64,000 nt of DNA, taken from assembly GCF_009914755.1 (NCBI RefSeq), contig NC_060931.1; one strand, 5' to 3'. The translations under genes were made by a program, and so were the position numbers. The notes under the pieces are model-generated. The model was not told the origin of the DNA. It searched no databases and saw nothing but the letters and a program-made list of their open reading frames with translations. How positions within the stretch are numbered: the first letter of the stretch is position 1; each line of letters begins with the position of its first letter. Below, piece after piece: positions 45,456 through 61,200 of this stretch. The stretch is from the human T2T-CHM13v2.0 reference genome, Homo sapiens.

Positions 45456-45835
45456 ATCTGGTTCCTCCAAGCAGAAATATGTCTGTCTGTCCCTGTCATG
45501 TGGTTATCATTCTATTGAATGCGTATTTAAAGACCTACAGGAAATATGATTGTATATTCTCTTTTACTTACCAGTTTGGATTATTTTTATGATACTTAAC
45601 TTTATACTTATGTTTTTACAACTTCTACCAAAAGTCTTTGGATATTTTCTTTTTTCTTTTCTGGTTTGAAGGACAATGGCTCATAATTTTTTAATTAAAG
45701 CTTTTAACATATTAAGCTAGAAACAAATTACCTTATTGTTCTCATTTCCTGAGAATAAACAACCCTAATTCTTTAATCATATATTCTTTTGTCTTTGGAA
45801 ATTTATTTAGATAGTACAGAGAGAATCACAAATCA

Positions 45836-46945
45836 GTTTTTTTCCAGGTTTATTTAGGTATAGTTGACAAATAAAAATTGTATATATTTAAGGTATACAA
45901 TGTGATGTTTTAATATATATATATACATTGTGAACTGATTATGACAGTCAAGCTACTTAACATATTTATCTCCTCAAATAGTTTTTCTGTGTGGCGAAAA
46001 TACTTAAATTATACTTTTGTAGCAAATTTCAAGTATATAATATATAATTATTAACTATAGTTACCATGCTGTTTATTAGGTCTCCAGAACCTAATTCATC
46101 TTCTAACTGAAAATTTGTACCCTTTGACGAACATCTCCCCATTTTCTTTACCCCTGACCCTGGTTAACCACCATTCTAGCCTCTGTTCCTGAGTTCAACT
46201 TTTTAAAATTCTACATATAAGTGAGATCTTGCACTCATTTGTCTTTCTGTGTATAATGCACTGAACTTAGCAAAATATCCTCTAGGTTCATCTATGTCGA
46301 AAATGGCAGGATTTCCTTCTTTTTTAAGACTGAATAATATTCCATTGTATATATGCCACATATTCTTTATCCATTCACCCACTGATGGATATTTAGGTTG
46401 TTTCTGTATCTTATCTTTTATAAATAATGCTATAGTGAACATGGGAGTACTGATATCTCTTCGGAGTTTGTGATTTTATTTCCTTGGATGTATACCCAGA
46501 AGTAAGATTCCTGGATCATATGGTAGTTCTGTTTTTAATGTTTTACTCAACTTCTGTACTGTTTTCCATAATGGTTGTACCAATTTACATTTCCATGAGC
46601 AATGTACCAGGGTTCCCTTCCTTCCACATTTTTGCCATCACTTACCTTTTTTTTTTTGATAATTGCCATGCAAACAGGTATAAGGTGATACTTCACTGTG
46701 ATTTTGATTTGCATTTCTGTGATTATTGGTGATGTTGAACATTTTTTATATGACTGTTGGTTATTTGTATATCTTGTTTGGAAAAATCATCCATTTAGGT
46801 CCTTTGCCCATTTTTTAATTGAGTTATTTGTTTTGTGCTATTGCATTTTATGAGTTCTTTATATAGTTTTTATTCTATTTTTCAGGTGTATGGTTTGCAA
46901 ATGTATTTTCCAGTTCTACAGGTTGCCTTTTCATTTTGCCAGATT
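45836..46945 (-). mobile_element. L1MA/MB 3' end
   Basis: ttgacaaataaaaattgtatatatttaaggtatacaatgtgatg...tatacccagaagt...ggatcatatggtagttct. Confidence 0.9.
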
Positions 46946-47210
46946 ATTATTTTAAATGATTAATTGATTTTGGAATAAGAAATTAACTTTCTTATACTTT
47001 TACATCATGTCTAATAAGGATAAACAGCATTTACTCATCAGCATTAAGTAAAATAACTTTTATTTAATTATTTTTGTTTTAGGCAGGTTAAAATGTTGTG
47101 TTAGATTTAGTCCTACTTTACTTTCTCACAAGTTGATGACTATTACTTTCTCATGCTGCCTCATATAATCTGGGATGCCTTTCTGAGACTTCATTGTAGA
47201 CTGTAGCTGA

Positions 47211-47522
<312 letters not shown>

Positions 47523-48457
47523 TAGATTCCTAATATATGATGTATATATGTAGGCAAAGGTAGATATTCCTAGTCACGGACCTTTTAGCTATAAAGTAAA
47601 GCACCTGTTTGGAATAAGACCTTGATTTTTTTCCCCATTTCCTTTAGCTATATGGTATCTGCAATAGCAGGCATCACTTTCTTCGTTTCTTAGGTAGAAT
47701 AATATGGTAATAGATGCACCTTTGCATCTCTCTCTCTCTGAACCCACATGCTATGTGGTTATATTATATCACATCACAATCACACTGCCTCTTTTGTGGG
47801 AAACTAAATCCATACTCACAGCTACTGCTTAATGTATAAAAAAGCCGTGGACTTGGAGTCAGTGTGTTCTAATTTGGATATATAATTCATTAGTTGTATC
47901 TTCTATAAAACAGCCTCTTTTGCTTATTTGGAAATAAAATAGAAAATATTTATTAGAGCCTGTCTTTATTAGAGCACATGTTAATATCAAAGTCTGTAGC
48001 TTTGAGGATTAGTTAAGATAGAATTTCCAGTTATTGATTTCTGTTTTTTGACTGTTTTATATTTTAGGAGCTAAGTTCTTTTCAATAAATTGAAATACAG
48101 GTCTCCTCTCCCAACCCCCCTTATCTTGCATGCAAACCCCGTAGGGCAGGGACTTTATCTGTTTTCTTTACAATATCCCTAACTTCTAGAATAGTACCTG
48201 GCAAATAATGAATGCTCAGTCAATGTTGCATGAAAGAGGATATCAAAGGAACTGAAGGTTTAAGTATATTTGACTGGTGGAATAAAAAGAGTTATTGCAA
48301 GAAATTGAGGCTCTGGGAGAAAAGACAGTTAGTTCAGAGAGAGTTCACTTGAGTATGAGTGCAAGAGAAAGGCCTATAAGATTTAAGAATGTGGTATGGG
48401 GTCAGATGAGAAGTCATATAGGATGATAGAGCATTAAGAATTATCACAGAAGTAACA

Positions 48458-48684
48458 CAAATTGAGCATCTCTTATTCAAAATGAGTGGGAATAAATTGT
48501 TTCAGATTTCAGATTTCTTTGAATTTTGAATATTTGCATTACACTTACCTAGTTGAGCATCCCACATGCAAAAATTTGAAATCTAAATGCTCAAATGAGC
48601 ATTTTCTTTGAGAGTCACATTGGCACTCAAAACATTTCAGATTTTGGAGCATTTCAGATTTCTGAATTAGGGATATTCAATCTA
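48458..48684. mobile_element. Tigger4/MER46-type MITE
   Basis: ttgagcatc...cagattttggagcatttcagattt...tagggatattcaa. Confidence 0.8.
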
Positions 48685-51600
48685 TAGTAGAAGCCCTTTG
48701 AGGGAAACCTGTGATTCTGCCACTACTGCCTGTCATTTGAATTCTGGTCATACTTCCCAATTTACAAAGTGTATTCACCTAAACCATTGAAAGAGAAATG
48801 GCTTTCAGAGTGGATGGACTCTCTGAAAGAAGACAGTGTGTATGGAGAAAAACATGGGGGTCAAGAACTGAAACTTGCTTCCAGTAACGGGGTAGGAAGT
48901 AGAGCCATCATCATGGGTAAAAGAGAAGTTGTTGTACTGAAAAAAATTAAGAGGATTATTGAAAAAGTGTGATTACAGAAGCCAAGGTAATAGAAAGGTC
49001 AGGAGGTAAATGAAGCAGTTGGTAATTTAAAGTTTAGAACAAAAATTAGGGACAATGATGAATAAGTTAGCTCTTAGGAAATTCCTGGTTACATGAGAGA
49101 GTGAAACTTCCATGTAGTGATAAGAATAGGGTCATATGGAAGTGGAGAATGAATGTAGAAGAAATAGAGGTAACAGCTATAAACTGGCTGCTTAAGAATT
49201 AACAGTGAAAGAATCTAGAAAAGCACGTGGCTCCTGGATGGGTTATTAGGGTCACATGAAAGGGATGGATTTTTTCCCCAGGTTAATGTTTTCCCTACCC
49301 CACCTTCCTGTTAATTATCTCCTATCCCTGTTCCAGAATTAACTTCATATGCAAGTAGTTAAAAAAAAAAACCCATAACTACTAACATAGTTACAGAAAG
49401 GGGTCTAAAACATACATATCGATTTTATACTCATTATTCCATTTATACATTTATGTAAATTTAGGAAGAGTCTCCTTTGAATTTAAACAGATGAGAGGAA
49501 TCAATAAAATTAGAATATTCAATTTTATGAATAGTTTTAGCATAAAATATTTATGCAGATATGCTACTGTGTCTAATAATTTGAGACTCTTTCTTGAATA
49601 AATATGTATAAAGAAGTTATTTTAATACTTCAGAATAATACACTCTCTGTGTTTGGTTTGATTAATGAACCCGGCGGATTGGCAAGAGAGTGTCTCTCTC
49701 TTCTCTATATGGGGAGGATCTAGAGATATTTAATACTAGAGAGAGCGAGCTTGGTCCTTCCATATCAGCTGACATTCTCTCAATTTATGTTAAATTTCTT
49801 TGTGATAAGAACCTGAACTCTCCTGAGCAAACTAAGAGAATAACTGATATATTGGAAATGGGTATAAGAAAGGCTAGATAAATGTGTTTGTACAGGGTAT
49901 TTACAGAATCAGATAGCTTTAATAATTTCTTTCTTAATTAAATTTTTAAGAAAATGAAATCTTTTTTTGTCAATCATGCCTTGTAGAAGAGATAATAATC
50001 TTGAATACATTTTAGAGTATGGTTTTAATTTTGGCTATCCACTATAATTCAATCATAAATACAAGGAAATATGACTGGGAATTTTATTATCAGCGGTTGA
50101 ATAGGGAAAATATATATTTTAACTATTAAGCAACATTATGGCTGTATAAAAAAAATTACCCATATTCTTGCCTCCCCTAAGCAAATGTTAGAATTATTCC
50201 ATGTTCCCTTATAGTTTGTATCCATGTATATTCAGAAGATTGAGAAGGGAAAGGGAAATTCTATTCTTATATTTCCACTTAGTTATAACACTCGTGGATA
50301 GACTTTAAATGACTATAATTTTCTATTGTATATCAGATTTATGTTTCCCATTTCTATTATTAAACGCTTAAGTGATTTCCAGATTTTTCTGTTCAAAGTA
50401 ACACTGTATTGATTTTCATTGTTTCTATAGATTTTTCTTTATTTCCCTTAAGATAAACTCTCAGGAGTAGTTTTACTCAGTCAAAGGATGTAAATCATAT
50501 ATTAGTTGTTAGGAGCTATTATGTAACTTGCCCAAGGTGACACAGCTAGAAAGTGACAGAACTAGGATTAGAACCTAGCAGTCTGGGACCACGTTCTTAA
50601 CCAATGTACTGCACTGCTGGCTCAAGAGATTCCCCAGTCCCATGTCACTGATCTAGGTCATGAAAGTTTAATATGCATCCAATTCATTTATCAAAATTAT
50701 GGCATGAATTTGCTGTGTTTGTGACACTGTGTTGGGGATTCAAGAAAGAACAGAATATAGGCCCTGCCTTAAAAGCCTATAAACTATTTGGGAGAAGGGA
50801 ACAGACAGGTAAAAAAGTATGATAAAATGTAATGAGTTATGTAATTGGGATGCTATATGAAGACAAAGAAAAGAGTGGCAAACTGAACTGGTGGGGGAGC
50901 CTAGTGTAAAGAGGCTTCTAAGTAGTGTTGGTTTGCTTAAGTGGCCTGAATCAGTTCCTGGGAAACCAAATTGAGCAAGTATTGAAGTGTACTGCCGGCA
51001 TCAGAAGACCATAAAGGCTACATGGAGCTGTAGAGAAAATAAGCATGTAGAGAAAACCTGAGCAAACTGTACTAAAACTTGGAACCTGGACAAAAAATGA
51101 GCTTTGGAAATTAAATTATGGCTGAATAGAGGTTGAGGACTGCAGAGAGATTTACTGCCCGTGAGATATGTATTTACATTTGCAGGGAATGAGGAGTGGA
51201 TGATCCTCGAGACCATGGAAGTATTCCTTAAGTTGTAAAACCGAGAGATGCTAGTCTTATCTTTCCCCTAGGAAAATTTGTTTTTGCTCAGGGATAGATT
51301 CTTCCTCCCACCCACCACCCCGCCCCAGGCCACCCCACCCTCTGGTCTCCAAGAGGGGAGGAGGTCTGTTAATACAAGCCTTCTTCTATAACATCCCAGA
51401 TTGATATTTTTAGGGTTCCTTGCTGAGTTAATTTCCTGTTGCTGCTGTCACAAAGTGCCACAAATTAGTGGCTTAAAACAACACAAATCTTACAGTTCTG
51501 GAGTTCAGAAGACTATAATGGCTCCACTGAACTACTCTAGGTGTTGGCAGCACTGCATTCCTTTTGGAGGCTCCAGGGTAGAATCCCTTCCCTTGCCTTT

Positions 51601-51780
51601 TCTAGGTCAACTACTAATCCTGTGACTCATTTTAGGAGCTAGGCACAACTCTTAGATCTGGGTTTGGCAGTAGTAAAGGCAACTCACCTAGACCTATCTT
51701 TGAGATAAACACTCACCGTGGAATTAGATCTTAGTCTTCTAGATCTAACCACAACTCCCCTCAGAAAGTATTATACTATG

Positions 51781-52062
51781 TGCTGTGGTCTGAATGGGGC
51801 ATTGGAGGGTAATTAGATCACGAGGTTGGAGTCCTCAGGAATGGGAGTAGTGCACAGAGACATGGTGGGAGTAGTTGCCCCTTCCACCATGTGAGAGAAC
51901 ACAAGAAGGCCTCTATGAGGAATGAGCCCTTACCAGACACTGAATCACCTGGCACCTTAATCTTGGACTTACCAGCGTCCACAACTGTGAGAAATAAGTG
52001 TTTCTTGTTTATAAACCATTCAGTTTATGATATTTTTATAATAGCTCAAGCAGATTAAGACA
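51781..52062 (+). mobile_element. MLT1A-like MaLR LTR, partly deleted
   Basis: tgctgtggtctgaatg...ccaccatgtgag...atcttggactt...aactgtgagaaata...taagaca. Confidence 0.75.
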
Positions 52063-52647
52063 TCGTGTAAATATATGCCTTATTATTTCAAAGGTTAGCT
52101 GATGACCTTGGTGGAGAAAATTTTCTCTGGATTTAGTCTCAGGCTTACATATTACTTTCTGTCCTTAAATTAGTTGCCACTAATATAGTAGTTGTTGTCA
52201 CTATTAAATAACTATGTATGCAACAAATAGATCAGAGCAATAAAAGAAGAATTAAAAATTAGTGTGGAATGCTTAATACACCCTTAGGCATCTGTATAAT
52301 TGACATTAATCTGTAAATTACCACTGTGTTTTCTTTTCCTGTCCATTCCTCACCTGTTATATTTCTCATCTTCCTTTTTTCTTCCTTTTCCCTTCCTTTC
52401 CCTCCCTTTTAATTAGCAAGTAGTATAAAGATATTTACATTTATTTTTCTTAGTATTGTTATTCTAGAATAGAGTTTTTTAAAACTAAGAATTAGTCATT
52501 CAAGCTGTTGTAAACCAGACCCTCAGTATAAATTGGATTATCAGCTTAGAAGTAGAGTTTATCTTTTAAAAGTGTTATCTTCAATGTATTTCAAGGTAGA
52601 AAATAAGTGATTTTCATCCTTTATTTTTCCCTTTCTTTCCATTTTAG

Positions 52648-52945
52648 GACTTTTCTTGGTAGAGATGGAAATCCAAATAAACGGAATGTGCACAATGAAA
52701 CATCTATGCATTTGTTGTGTATGGGACCTCAAATTATGATATCTGAAGGAGCCCTTCATCCTCGCTTGGCACGCCCCACAGAAGATGATTTCAGAAGAGC
52801 AGATTGTCTGCAGATGATCTTAAAATGGAAAGGAGCAAAACTTGACCAGGGTGAATATGAGAGAGCAGCTATTGATGCTGTTGATAACAAAAAAAACACA
52901 CCCTTGCACTATGCTGCTGCCTCAGGGATGAAAGCCTGTGTAGAG
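52648..52945 (+). CDS. ANKIB1: Second coding exon (298 nt), ankyrin repeats (ETSMHLLC; [11 protein letters not shown])
   Basis: Acceptor ctttctttccattttAG ends at 52647; GG|G completes Gly63; donor GAG|GTAAAT; cumulative CDS is 486 nt (162 codons, phase 0). Confidence 0.96.
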
Positions 52946-53097
52946 GTAAATTTTTTTTTTTTTTAATATTCTGCATTGTAAAATTTGTATCCAGGTGATA
53001 TGTAACTGTCAGGTTTTTTTTTTTTTGATTGTCTTAGTAATTTGGTCATTTTTTTTCTCTTTTGTCTTCTAAAAGACCCTTTTAAATAAAGGGCCTC

Positions 53098-53458
<361 letters not shown>

Positions 53459-54534
53459 AACGGCCTCTTTTAAATAAAGTTATTTCATTGTTTTAGGGAG
53501 AGAGAAAGCCTCACAGGTGAACAATCACTTTTGTAGTAAAGTGGAGCCAAGAGCAATTAAAAATTTGTTGATATCTCTTAAGATATTGGTCATCAATTAA
53601 GCACTATCGTATTTAGAGTCATAGTTATAGTAGAGATATATTCTGCTTTTTTGCTGATTTTTTTGGTCACCAATTTATAAAATTTATACATGTTAAGTAT
53701 AGCAAATTTTTGGCAAGTGGGACCTATAGTTTATGTAGAATTGATAAGCTCACTAAGCAATGGATAAATATTAACAAATACATTTATTGGAGTCTTTTTA
53801 AAATCACTTGGAATTTTAAAATGTGTATTTTTCTGTTTAATTTGCGTTAAAGTGCTCCTGAATACATACTGTATTATACTGTAATTTTTCCATATATATT
53901 TCATGTATAAATATATAGCATTATTTATATCTACAAAATATTTAACAACTAATTAGATAAAATCACGCATATAATATGAGATCTTAACTAAGTTAAGGAA
54001 TCATTATATAGTATCGTCACTACTATACATACAACAGAATAGGTTTTTCTCAGCTACCAACATTCATATCCATCCTTACATATCTCATAGAAGTTCTTTT
54101 GCATAGATGTATTTAAGTATGTGTGAGGAGCATATTAGACTGGATTACAGAGTATCTTTATTACTAAAAGTATATACCTTTATTGGAAAAGCAATTATCA
54201 TAATCAGATTAAAATATATACCTGAAAATTTCTTGTTTCCTTAATGTTGTTCATGTATACTTTAGACTTCTAAGTAGATCAATATACCAAAAATATGAAT
54301 GTTCATTTTCTTATATTAAAAGATTACCATCACTTATATTATTTCTTCAGTATATCTGAAGTGTCAATTCTTTGATTTCTAATATGCTTGTGATCTTATC
54401 TTTTGTTTACTGCTAATGTTTGTGATACTTGCTAATCTTTTAGAGTCTTTGTCATTTCATTGAGTTTGTGTAACCTTTACCCATTAGTTAGTTAGTGATG
54501 GTCATTAACTTGAAACTATTTTTCAAGCAATACT

Positions 54535-54677
54535 TTCTTGTTTGTTTGTTGTTTTAAGAGACAAGATCTCTCTATGTTGTCCAGGCTGGTCTCAAACTCT
54601 TGGGTTTAAGCGATCTCCCTCCCTCATCTTCTGGAGTAGCTAGGACTACAGGCACACACATGCCACCAAGCCTGGCT
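54535..54677 (-). mobile_element. FLAM / Alu monomer
   Basis: Single reverse arm. Confidence 0.75.
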
Positions 54678-54933
54678 CCAATGTTTTCTAACGTTGATTC
54701 ACTGTGGTGGAAGAATCTCCTAGGATTTGGAGGGTAGGGGACTAATAGCAGAATTCCTGGGGCTTTTTACACAAGCTTCTCTGTACATTGTCCTGTGTTT
54801 ACCTATTGTGGAAGAATTCCTGCTATAATGACTCACCATTATTGATGGGACTGCATCATATTTCTCAAATGGACTGGAGTAGAAAGTAGATTTTTCTGGA
54901 TGGTAGCAATAGTGCTCTTAAATATTTTAAATA

Positions 54934-55254
<321 letters not shown>

Positions 55255-55864
55255 TTAAATGCTTTAATATCTTGCTTCCAACTTTTCTCTATAAGCATTG
55301 CTTTAGTAGTTGTTGATTTTGAAGTATGTTGACAATGACATACTTATTAAATTTTTCAAAAAATTGAGAGTGGTGTTTTACCAGCATTATTTTTTGCTCA
55401 GTGAAAGAAATTAGTGCCAGGTTTATACTGTACTATCTGGCAGGCCTGACAATTTGCTTGATACGTATGTGTGAGCATGTAAATGTGTGTGTGTGCTTTA
55501 ACTGTTTGACCTATCAGCATATCACATCACATAAGTCACATCATTTGATGATTGTTTTCATTTTCTGTATTCAGAAGAGCTCTTTGACTTACTATTAAAT
55601 ATAAAACATTCTAAAAGGAGCCCTATAAATACCTTACATTTATTCTAGTTTTTTATAACATTTCAGCATATTTTATTCAGATAAAGCTTATCTTTGATCT
55701 GTTATATATACTTGAGTATATATACTCTTGTCCAACCTTAGGCCCTTAATGATTTTCTATTATGCATACTGCTAATTAAACCAGAAGAGTTTCTCAGGGA
55801 AGCATATATTAACTATCTCCAGAAGCCTTATTTTGTTTTCTTGTACAAGTGCATACAATAAATA

Positions 55865-56194
55865 CAGTTGTCACTTGGTATCCAAGGGAGATTTGTTCCA
55901 GGACTCTCTGCAGATACGAAAATCCACAGATGCTCAAATCCCTTATAGAAAATGGCACAGTATTTGCATATAACCTACACACATCCTCCTTATACTTTAA
56001 ATTGTCTCTAGATTGCGTATAATACCTAGTACAATGTAAGTGTCGTTAGGGAATAATGACAAGAAAAAAACGTGGATGTTCAATACAGACACAACCATCC
56101 ATATTTGTTTTCCAAATATTTTTTACCTGCTGTTGGTTGAATCCAGGGATGTGGAATCTAAGGATGTGGAAACCACAGATAGAGAAGGCTGACT
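55865..56194. mobile_element. MER2 (Tigger-family)
   Basis: TA-cagttgtcacttggtatcc...aaaatccacagatgctcaa...gcatataacctacacacatcctc...ggctgacta-TA. Confidence 0.85.
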
Positions 56195-57703
56195 ATACAT
56201 TAAAATATGTGACCTGTTTAACTGTACAACTTAATTCTTAGTATGAGTCTCTAGTTATTTTCAGGTGGTATCATACTACTTTGATGAACGGGAAAGGCTT
56301 AGATGTCTCTTATAAAGTTTACTGTCATAGTTAATTTAAATATTTTTTTTCTAAACATTTCTTTGTATCATTGCTTTTAGTCTTTGGCTGTAAGAATAAT
56401 AGTTATAATAACTAACATTTGTATAATGCTTTCTGATGTTTATAGTGCTCATTGGTACCAAGCATGATATAAAGGTTTGGGTTGAGTGAAAGTGTCGTCA
56501 GATATTTATTAATGTTTCATAAAACTAAGAGATTATAGTATGGTGGAGGGAGCATTGATTTTTAGTCTTGATCCTCAGAGTAACTATCCATGGAACCTTG
56601 CATGTGTCACTCAGCCACTGTAATAGTTTCCTCTTGGGTGGTTGGAATAGATGATCTCAAATTTATTTAGAAGATTCCTTTTAACACAAATTCTCTATTA
56701 GCCTGTTATTGCAGTAAAATTTATCCCATTTTTAGTGTCTAGCCTTTAAGATCAAAGAGATTATCTTTTTTCCCATTGTTAAGGCCAGCCTGTTTCTTGA
56801 CTACATCTGTGGAAGTATATCTTCTCTAGCTGTCGAAAATGTTTTTCTCTCTGGTATATTTATTTAAGGATAGAGTTGATGAAGTCATCATTGGCATTTA
56901 ATAATTTAAACAGTTTCTTATAGCTCATTATTTTGTACCATAGAAATAAAATATTTATTTTAAGACTTCACCATCTCCCTGTAATAATTATGTTCTGTAA
57001 TAAGCGCCCCCCCCACACACACACACACAGAACATAAAATTAAAACCCCTTAATTATAGAGTTCTTCAGGCAACCTCCAGGTGTGAAGGTATCACATGGT
57101 ATGTAGAGAGTTGCATTGGTTATCTGTGTCTCTGATGCCTATATCTGACTTCTCTGAACTTCATGCTATATTGTTGCCTGGTTGACTTCCTCGTATGGAT
57201 ATCCAACAATCTCTCAAATTCAGCGTTTTCAAAATTGTACTGTCTTCTTTTCTACCCAGTAGAGACTTCACTAGTGCTTGATTCTTGACTCTAGATTCTA
57301 TTAATGATGCTACCATTATCTCCTTATCCAGTATTGATACCTGCACTTGCCTTGGATCTGCCTCTTTTTTTTAAATTGCATCAAACTCATACTACCCATG
57401 GCAGAGTAGACCTCTGTCTCTTTGGACCAGTTCCTCCATTTATTTCTGTGGCCACTTTCTAACACCAAGTGCTTTATGTTGAATCCTCATTTTGGCATAT
57501 TTTTCAGAACTTCCTTACACAGAAAAACCTGAAGTTTCACAAATTAATTATTCTAAATTATTTGTGAGATAAAAATAATGCAAAGGAGTAGTCTACAATT
57601 GTTTGACAATTAGAAATGCTTATATGATAAACATTTGTTAAGGACAGACTATAACTAAAGCACCTGAAATTCTAATTTTATTTAATATTCCAAAAATTAT
57701 TTA

Positions 57704-57975
57704 CAGGTCAGCAAACTTTTCTGTGAAAGCCCAGATAGTAAATATTTTAGTCAACTCTGACATTTTACCCTGAAAGCAGCCACAGACAATACAGAAACAA
57801 AAGAGAATGGCAGTGTTCTAATAAATCTTTATTTATGGACATCACCATTTGAATTGCTTATAATTTTCGTATGTCATGAAATAATTCTATTTATTCTTTT
57901 CAATCATTTGAAAATGTAAAAACTGTTTTTAGCTTGTGGGCTATACAGAAACAGGCAGCAGGTTTGATTTGGCCT
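57704..57975. mobile_element. MER58-type MITE
   Basis: ggtcagcaaactttttctgtgaaagcccagatagtaaatattttag. Confidence 0.8.
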
Positions 57976-58967
57976 AAGATGACTCCATACTTGAAGCTTA
58001 TTTTAAATATGTAAAATAACATTATCAATATGTAACAGGTCCTATAAGCTTCAGTTATACAAAGGACTTAAAAAGTACTATGTAATGGATACTCAGCACA
58101 CAAAAATAAAGCTCCATTAAAACATAAGTCTGACAAAAATTTAATAAATAATATACTGTTCTTAGTTACTGAGAGTTTTTGTTTTCTACTTGGGAACAGG
58201 AATGGACTTGAGAGGGGTGGTGGGTTAGGTCTATTAGCATGGCTTAGTAAAACATCCAGTGATATTTCTTCCTTTGGTAGACTTCCATAGAGCAACCCTA
58301 GTCATTAGGCCTCATTATGTTTCCATTAGTGCTTAACCTGTAATAGTGATTCAGTAAATGGTGAATGTGACAGGGGTTGTTTTTGATAGTGCTTTACTCT
58401 TTGTGAAAAGCATTTTTTTAAATGAGTGTTATCTTAGATATTTCCTATTCAGCTGTGCCCTACTTGCTTATTCAGAGTTTTAAGTGTAGCTGCTTCATGT
58501 CAGATCAAATAGAGGTCACTATAAAACCAAAGGTGGTAAGTCACACTTTTCCTTTACAGCTACAGGGCCTATTTGACACTTTGGCAGCTATGGGAGCGTT
58601 TCACACTTCATTGAAAAGTCGTAAAAACCATTCACAGGTCAGACTGAAGAATATTACCTAATTATATTGTGTTTTTAGCACCTAGAGTTTTAAAACTGTG
58701 TAAAGAATACAGGAATTATATTTCCGGTTCAGTAGCTGAGTAACTTTGCCTGTCTGGGCCTCTGTTTTCTAATTTTTAATCAAGATACTTATGATCTCAT
58801 TATTGTCCCTCAACTATTATGATGCTAAGGCCTATATTAACTATTTAGGCAGTGACTGTTACAGGTATTGAAGAGATAATTTTTTAATTTTACATATCCT
58901 GGAAGATTTCATGGGTAGTAGTAAGATTGGAGTGGGTAATATTTCAGTTTAAGTATTTGGAGGAGGC

Positions 58968-59143
58968 TATTCAAAATGTGGCTCTCAGACCTGCAGCATC
59001 AGTTCTGACAACTTGTTATAATAAACAAATTATTGGGCCAACCAGACCTTCACATTCTGAACGTTTATCTCTGGGAATAGATTCCAGAAATGTTTAGCAA
59101 GTTCTCCTGGTGATTATTTGCATGGCAGAGTTTGAGAAGCACT
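58968..59143. mobile_element. MER5A-type MITE
   Basis: caaaatgtgg...cagacctgcagcatcag...agtttgagaagcactg. Confidence 0.7.
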
Positions 59144-59304
59144 GTTCTAGGTCTCAGACATACGCAGATTGAAGTATTTTGTGGAAGAGTAATAAAACAT
59201 TACTTTAAAGGAGGATAGAGGATGTACCAAGTAGAAAGTACTAAATGCCAAGGTTAAGAATTTGGGGTTTCTTTTAGAGAAAATTGAGCCATTGAAAATT
59301 TTTT

Positions 59305-59606
59305 GGCCAAGTGCAGTGGCTCACACCTGTAATCCCACTACTTTGGTTGGCCGAGGCGGGAGCGTATCTTGAGCCCAAAAGTTCAAGATCAGCCTGGGCA
59401 ACATAGTGAGAGCTTGTTTCTACTAAAAATCAAAAAATTAGCCAGTCGTGGTGATGCACGCCTGTAGTCCCAGCTACTCAGGAGGCTGAGGTGGAAGGAT
59501 CACTTGAGCCCAGGAGGTGGAGGCTACAGTGAGCCGTGATCATGCTACTGTACTCCAGCCTGGGTGACAGAGCGAGATGCTGTCTCCAAAAAAAAAAAAG
59601 AAAAAG
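59305..59606 (+). mobile_element. AluJ
   Basis: Dimer with A-tail. Confidence 0.9.
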
Positions 59607-60119
59607 AATTTTTAATCGGAGAGTGATATTATGAAAGCAAATATGATGAGATTAGCCTGATGGTTGTAATGTACAATAGATTTGAATGGGGTACTTCCAA
59701 AGCAGTGTTTCTTAAAAGCCTTGCTACTCAAAAGAATCGTCCTTAGACTGGCATTGACATCAGTCACCTGAGAACTTGTTGGAAATGCAGAATCTCAGCT
59801 CCATCCAAGACCAACCAAATTTGAATGTAGTTTAACAAAATCCCAAAGGGATTCTTATTTAAAGCTTGAGAACCCTAGCTTGGGGCATAATTTGTGGGCT
59901 ACCTATATTGGAATCACCTGTAAAAAGTATACATACCTCTTACAGTCCCCTCTCCATATCTACCTAATATGACTATCAAGCTACCCAAATAATTCTTACA
60001 CAGTTTGAAAACCTTTGTGCTAGAACAGTAGTTCTAAGCATGGCTGCACAGAAACCTCAGACCAATAAAATCTAAATTTGTGAGAGGGGACCCCAGACAT
60101 TGGTAAGTTGAGTACCAAT

Positions 60120-61200
60120 GTATTAGAAGGAGTGATAGGAGTTAGAAGATTAATGCGCTAATTCTATTGTGAACTGACAAAGCGTCTGGGTTTGTGTGGT
60201 GGTACTGGAGATGGAAAGAATGAGGCAGATGCCAGGGACATTGTGAAGAACTGTTAGCCTTTGGTGACTCAGTCAGTTGATAATAAGAAAGCAAGGGAAA
60301 GAAAGGTTAAAAAAAAAAAGGATGGAGGCTCTATAATGTTTAATATTGACAATAGTGAGCTCTCTCTTTTTGATTTGTGTACATTCTCTATACCTGCTAT
60401 CACATCTATAATTAGAGTAAAATTAATTAACTTTATTTTTAAATAAGATGGGCATGATTTTGAGCCCAAGTGACTTCGAAGCCTGCTAACAATTAACAGA
60501 CATTAGAAAGTAAGGTGAAATGGAGAAATTGGTTGAAAGGAAGAGAGAATATATTGAGTTTTCATTTAGAAGGCTAGATATTGACATCCTAGCTTATCCA
60601 CATGAAATGGTAGGCAGGCTGTTGATAATTACAACTAAAGTGTTAGGGAATAAAGAATATAGACACTCATTTAGAATTTAGAATTGAGTGTTATCTACAT
60701 AGAGTTGACAGCTAAAAGCAAGATAATGTATAGATGAGAGATGCAAGGAAAAGACTTTAGGTTATAGATAAAATAACAGAGTTAAAGTCACAGCATCAAT
60801 TTGAAGAATGCCTGTGTTCAAAGAGATGAGAACAAGAAGTAGTGCCTATGAGGGAAACACAAAAAATAGAGAAATAAAAGAACCAAGATGATACAATGTC
60901 AAAGATGCAAGAGAAGAATTTCAAGGAGAGGAGCTGTTTAATCATGTAATGTGCTGCAGAAAGCTAAAGGAATTGGGGGGACTGAGAAACGCTGATAGAT
61001 TTGAGAGTTAGGAGGTATTAATGACTTTCTGGAATATTGTTTCATTAAAATAGTCCAGGTAGAAGTCATATTCCTGGGCATAATTGAGTCATTTGCTGAG
61101 GAAATTGAGAGACAGTTGGTATCAATAACTAATTTGAGAAATGTGAAGGCCAAGAAAGATAGAAAATTTTTAGGAAAGTAACTAGAAGGATAGCAGGATT
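60120..61200 (-). mobile_element. L2 fragment
   Basis: Purine-rich degenerate L2 motifs (ggagatggaaagaa; ggtaggcaggctg; agaatttcaaggag...tgctgcagaaag). Confidence 0.55.

Noticed and set aside
49669-49690. CCCGGCGGATTGGC (CCAAT-box-like, with CpGs)
   Set aside because: It is a single short motif with no CpG island or other promoter features.
52607-52647. N-terminal [14 protein letters not shown] of the 119-aa ORF and its C-terminal VNFFFF
   Set aside because: These are intronic polypyrimidine tract and donor read-through; the real exon is 52648-52945.
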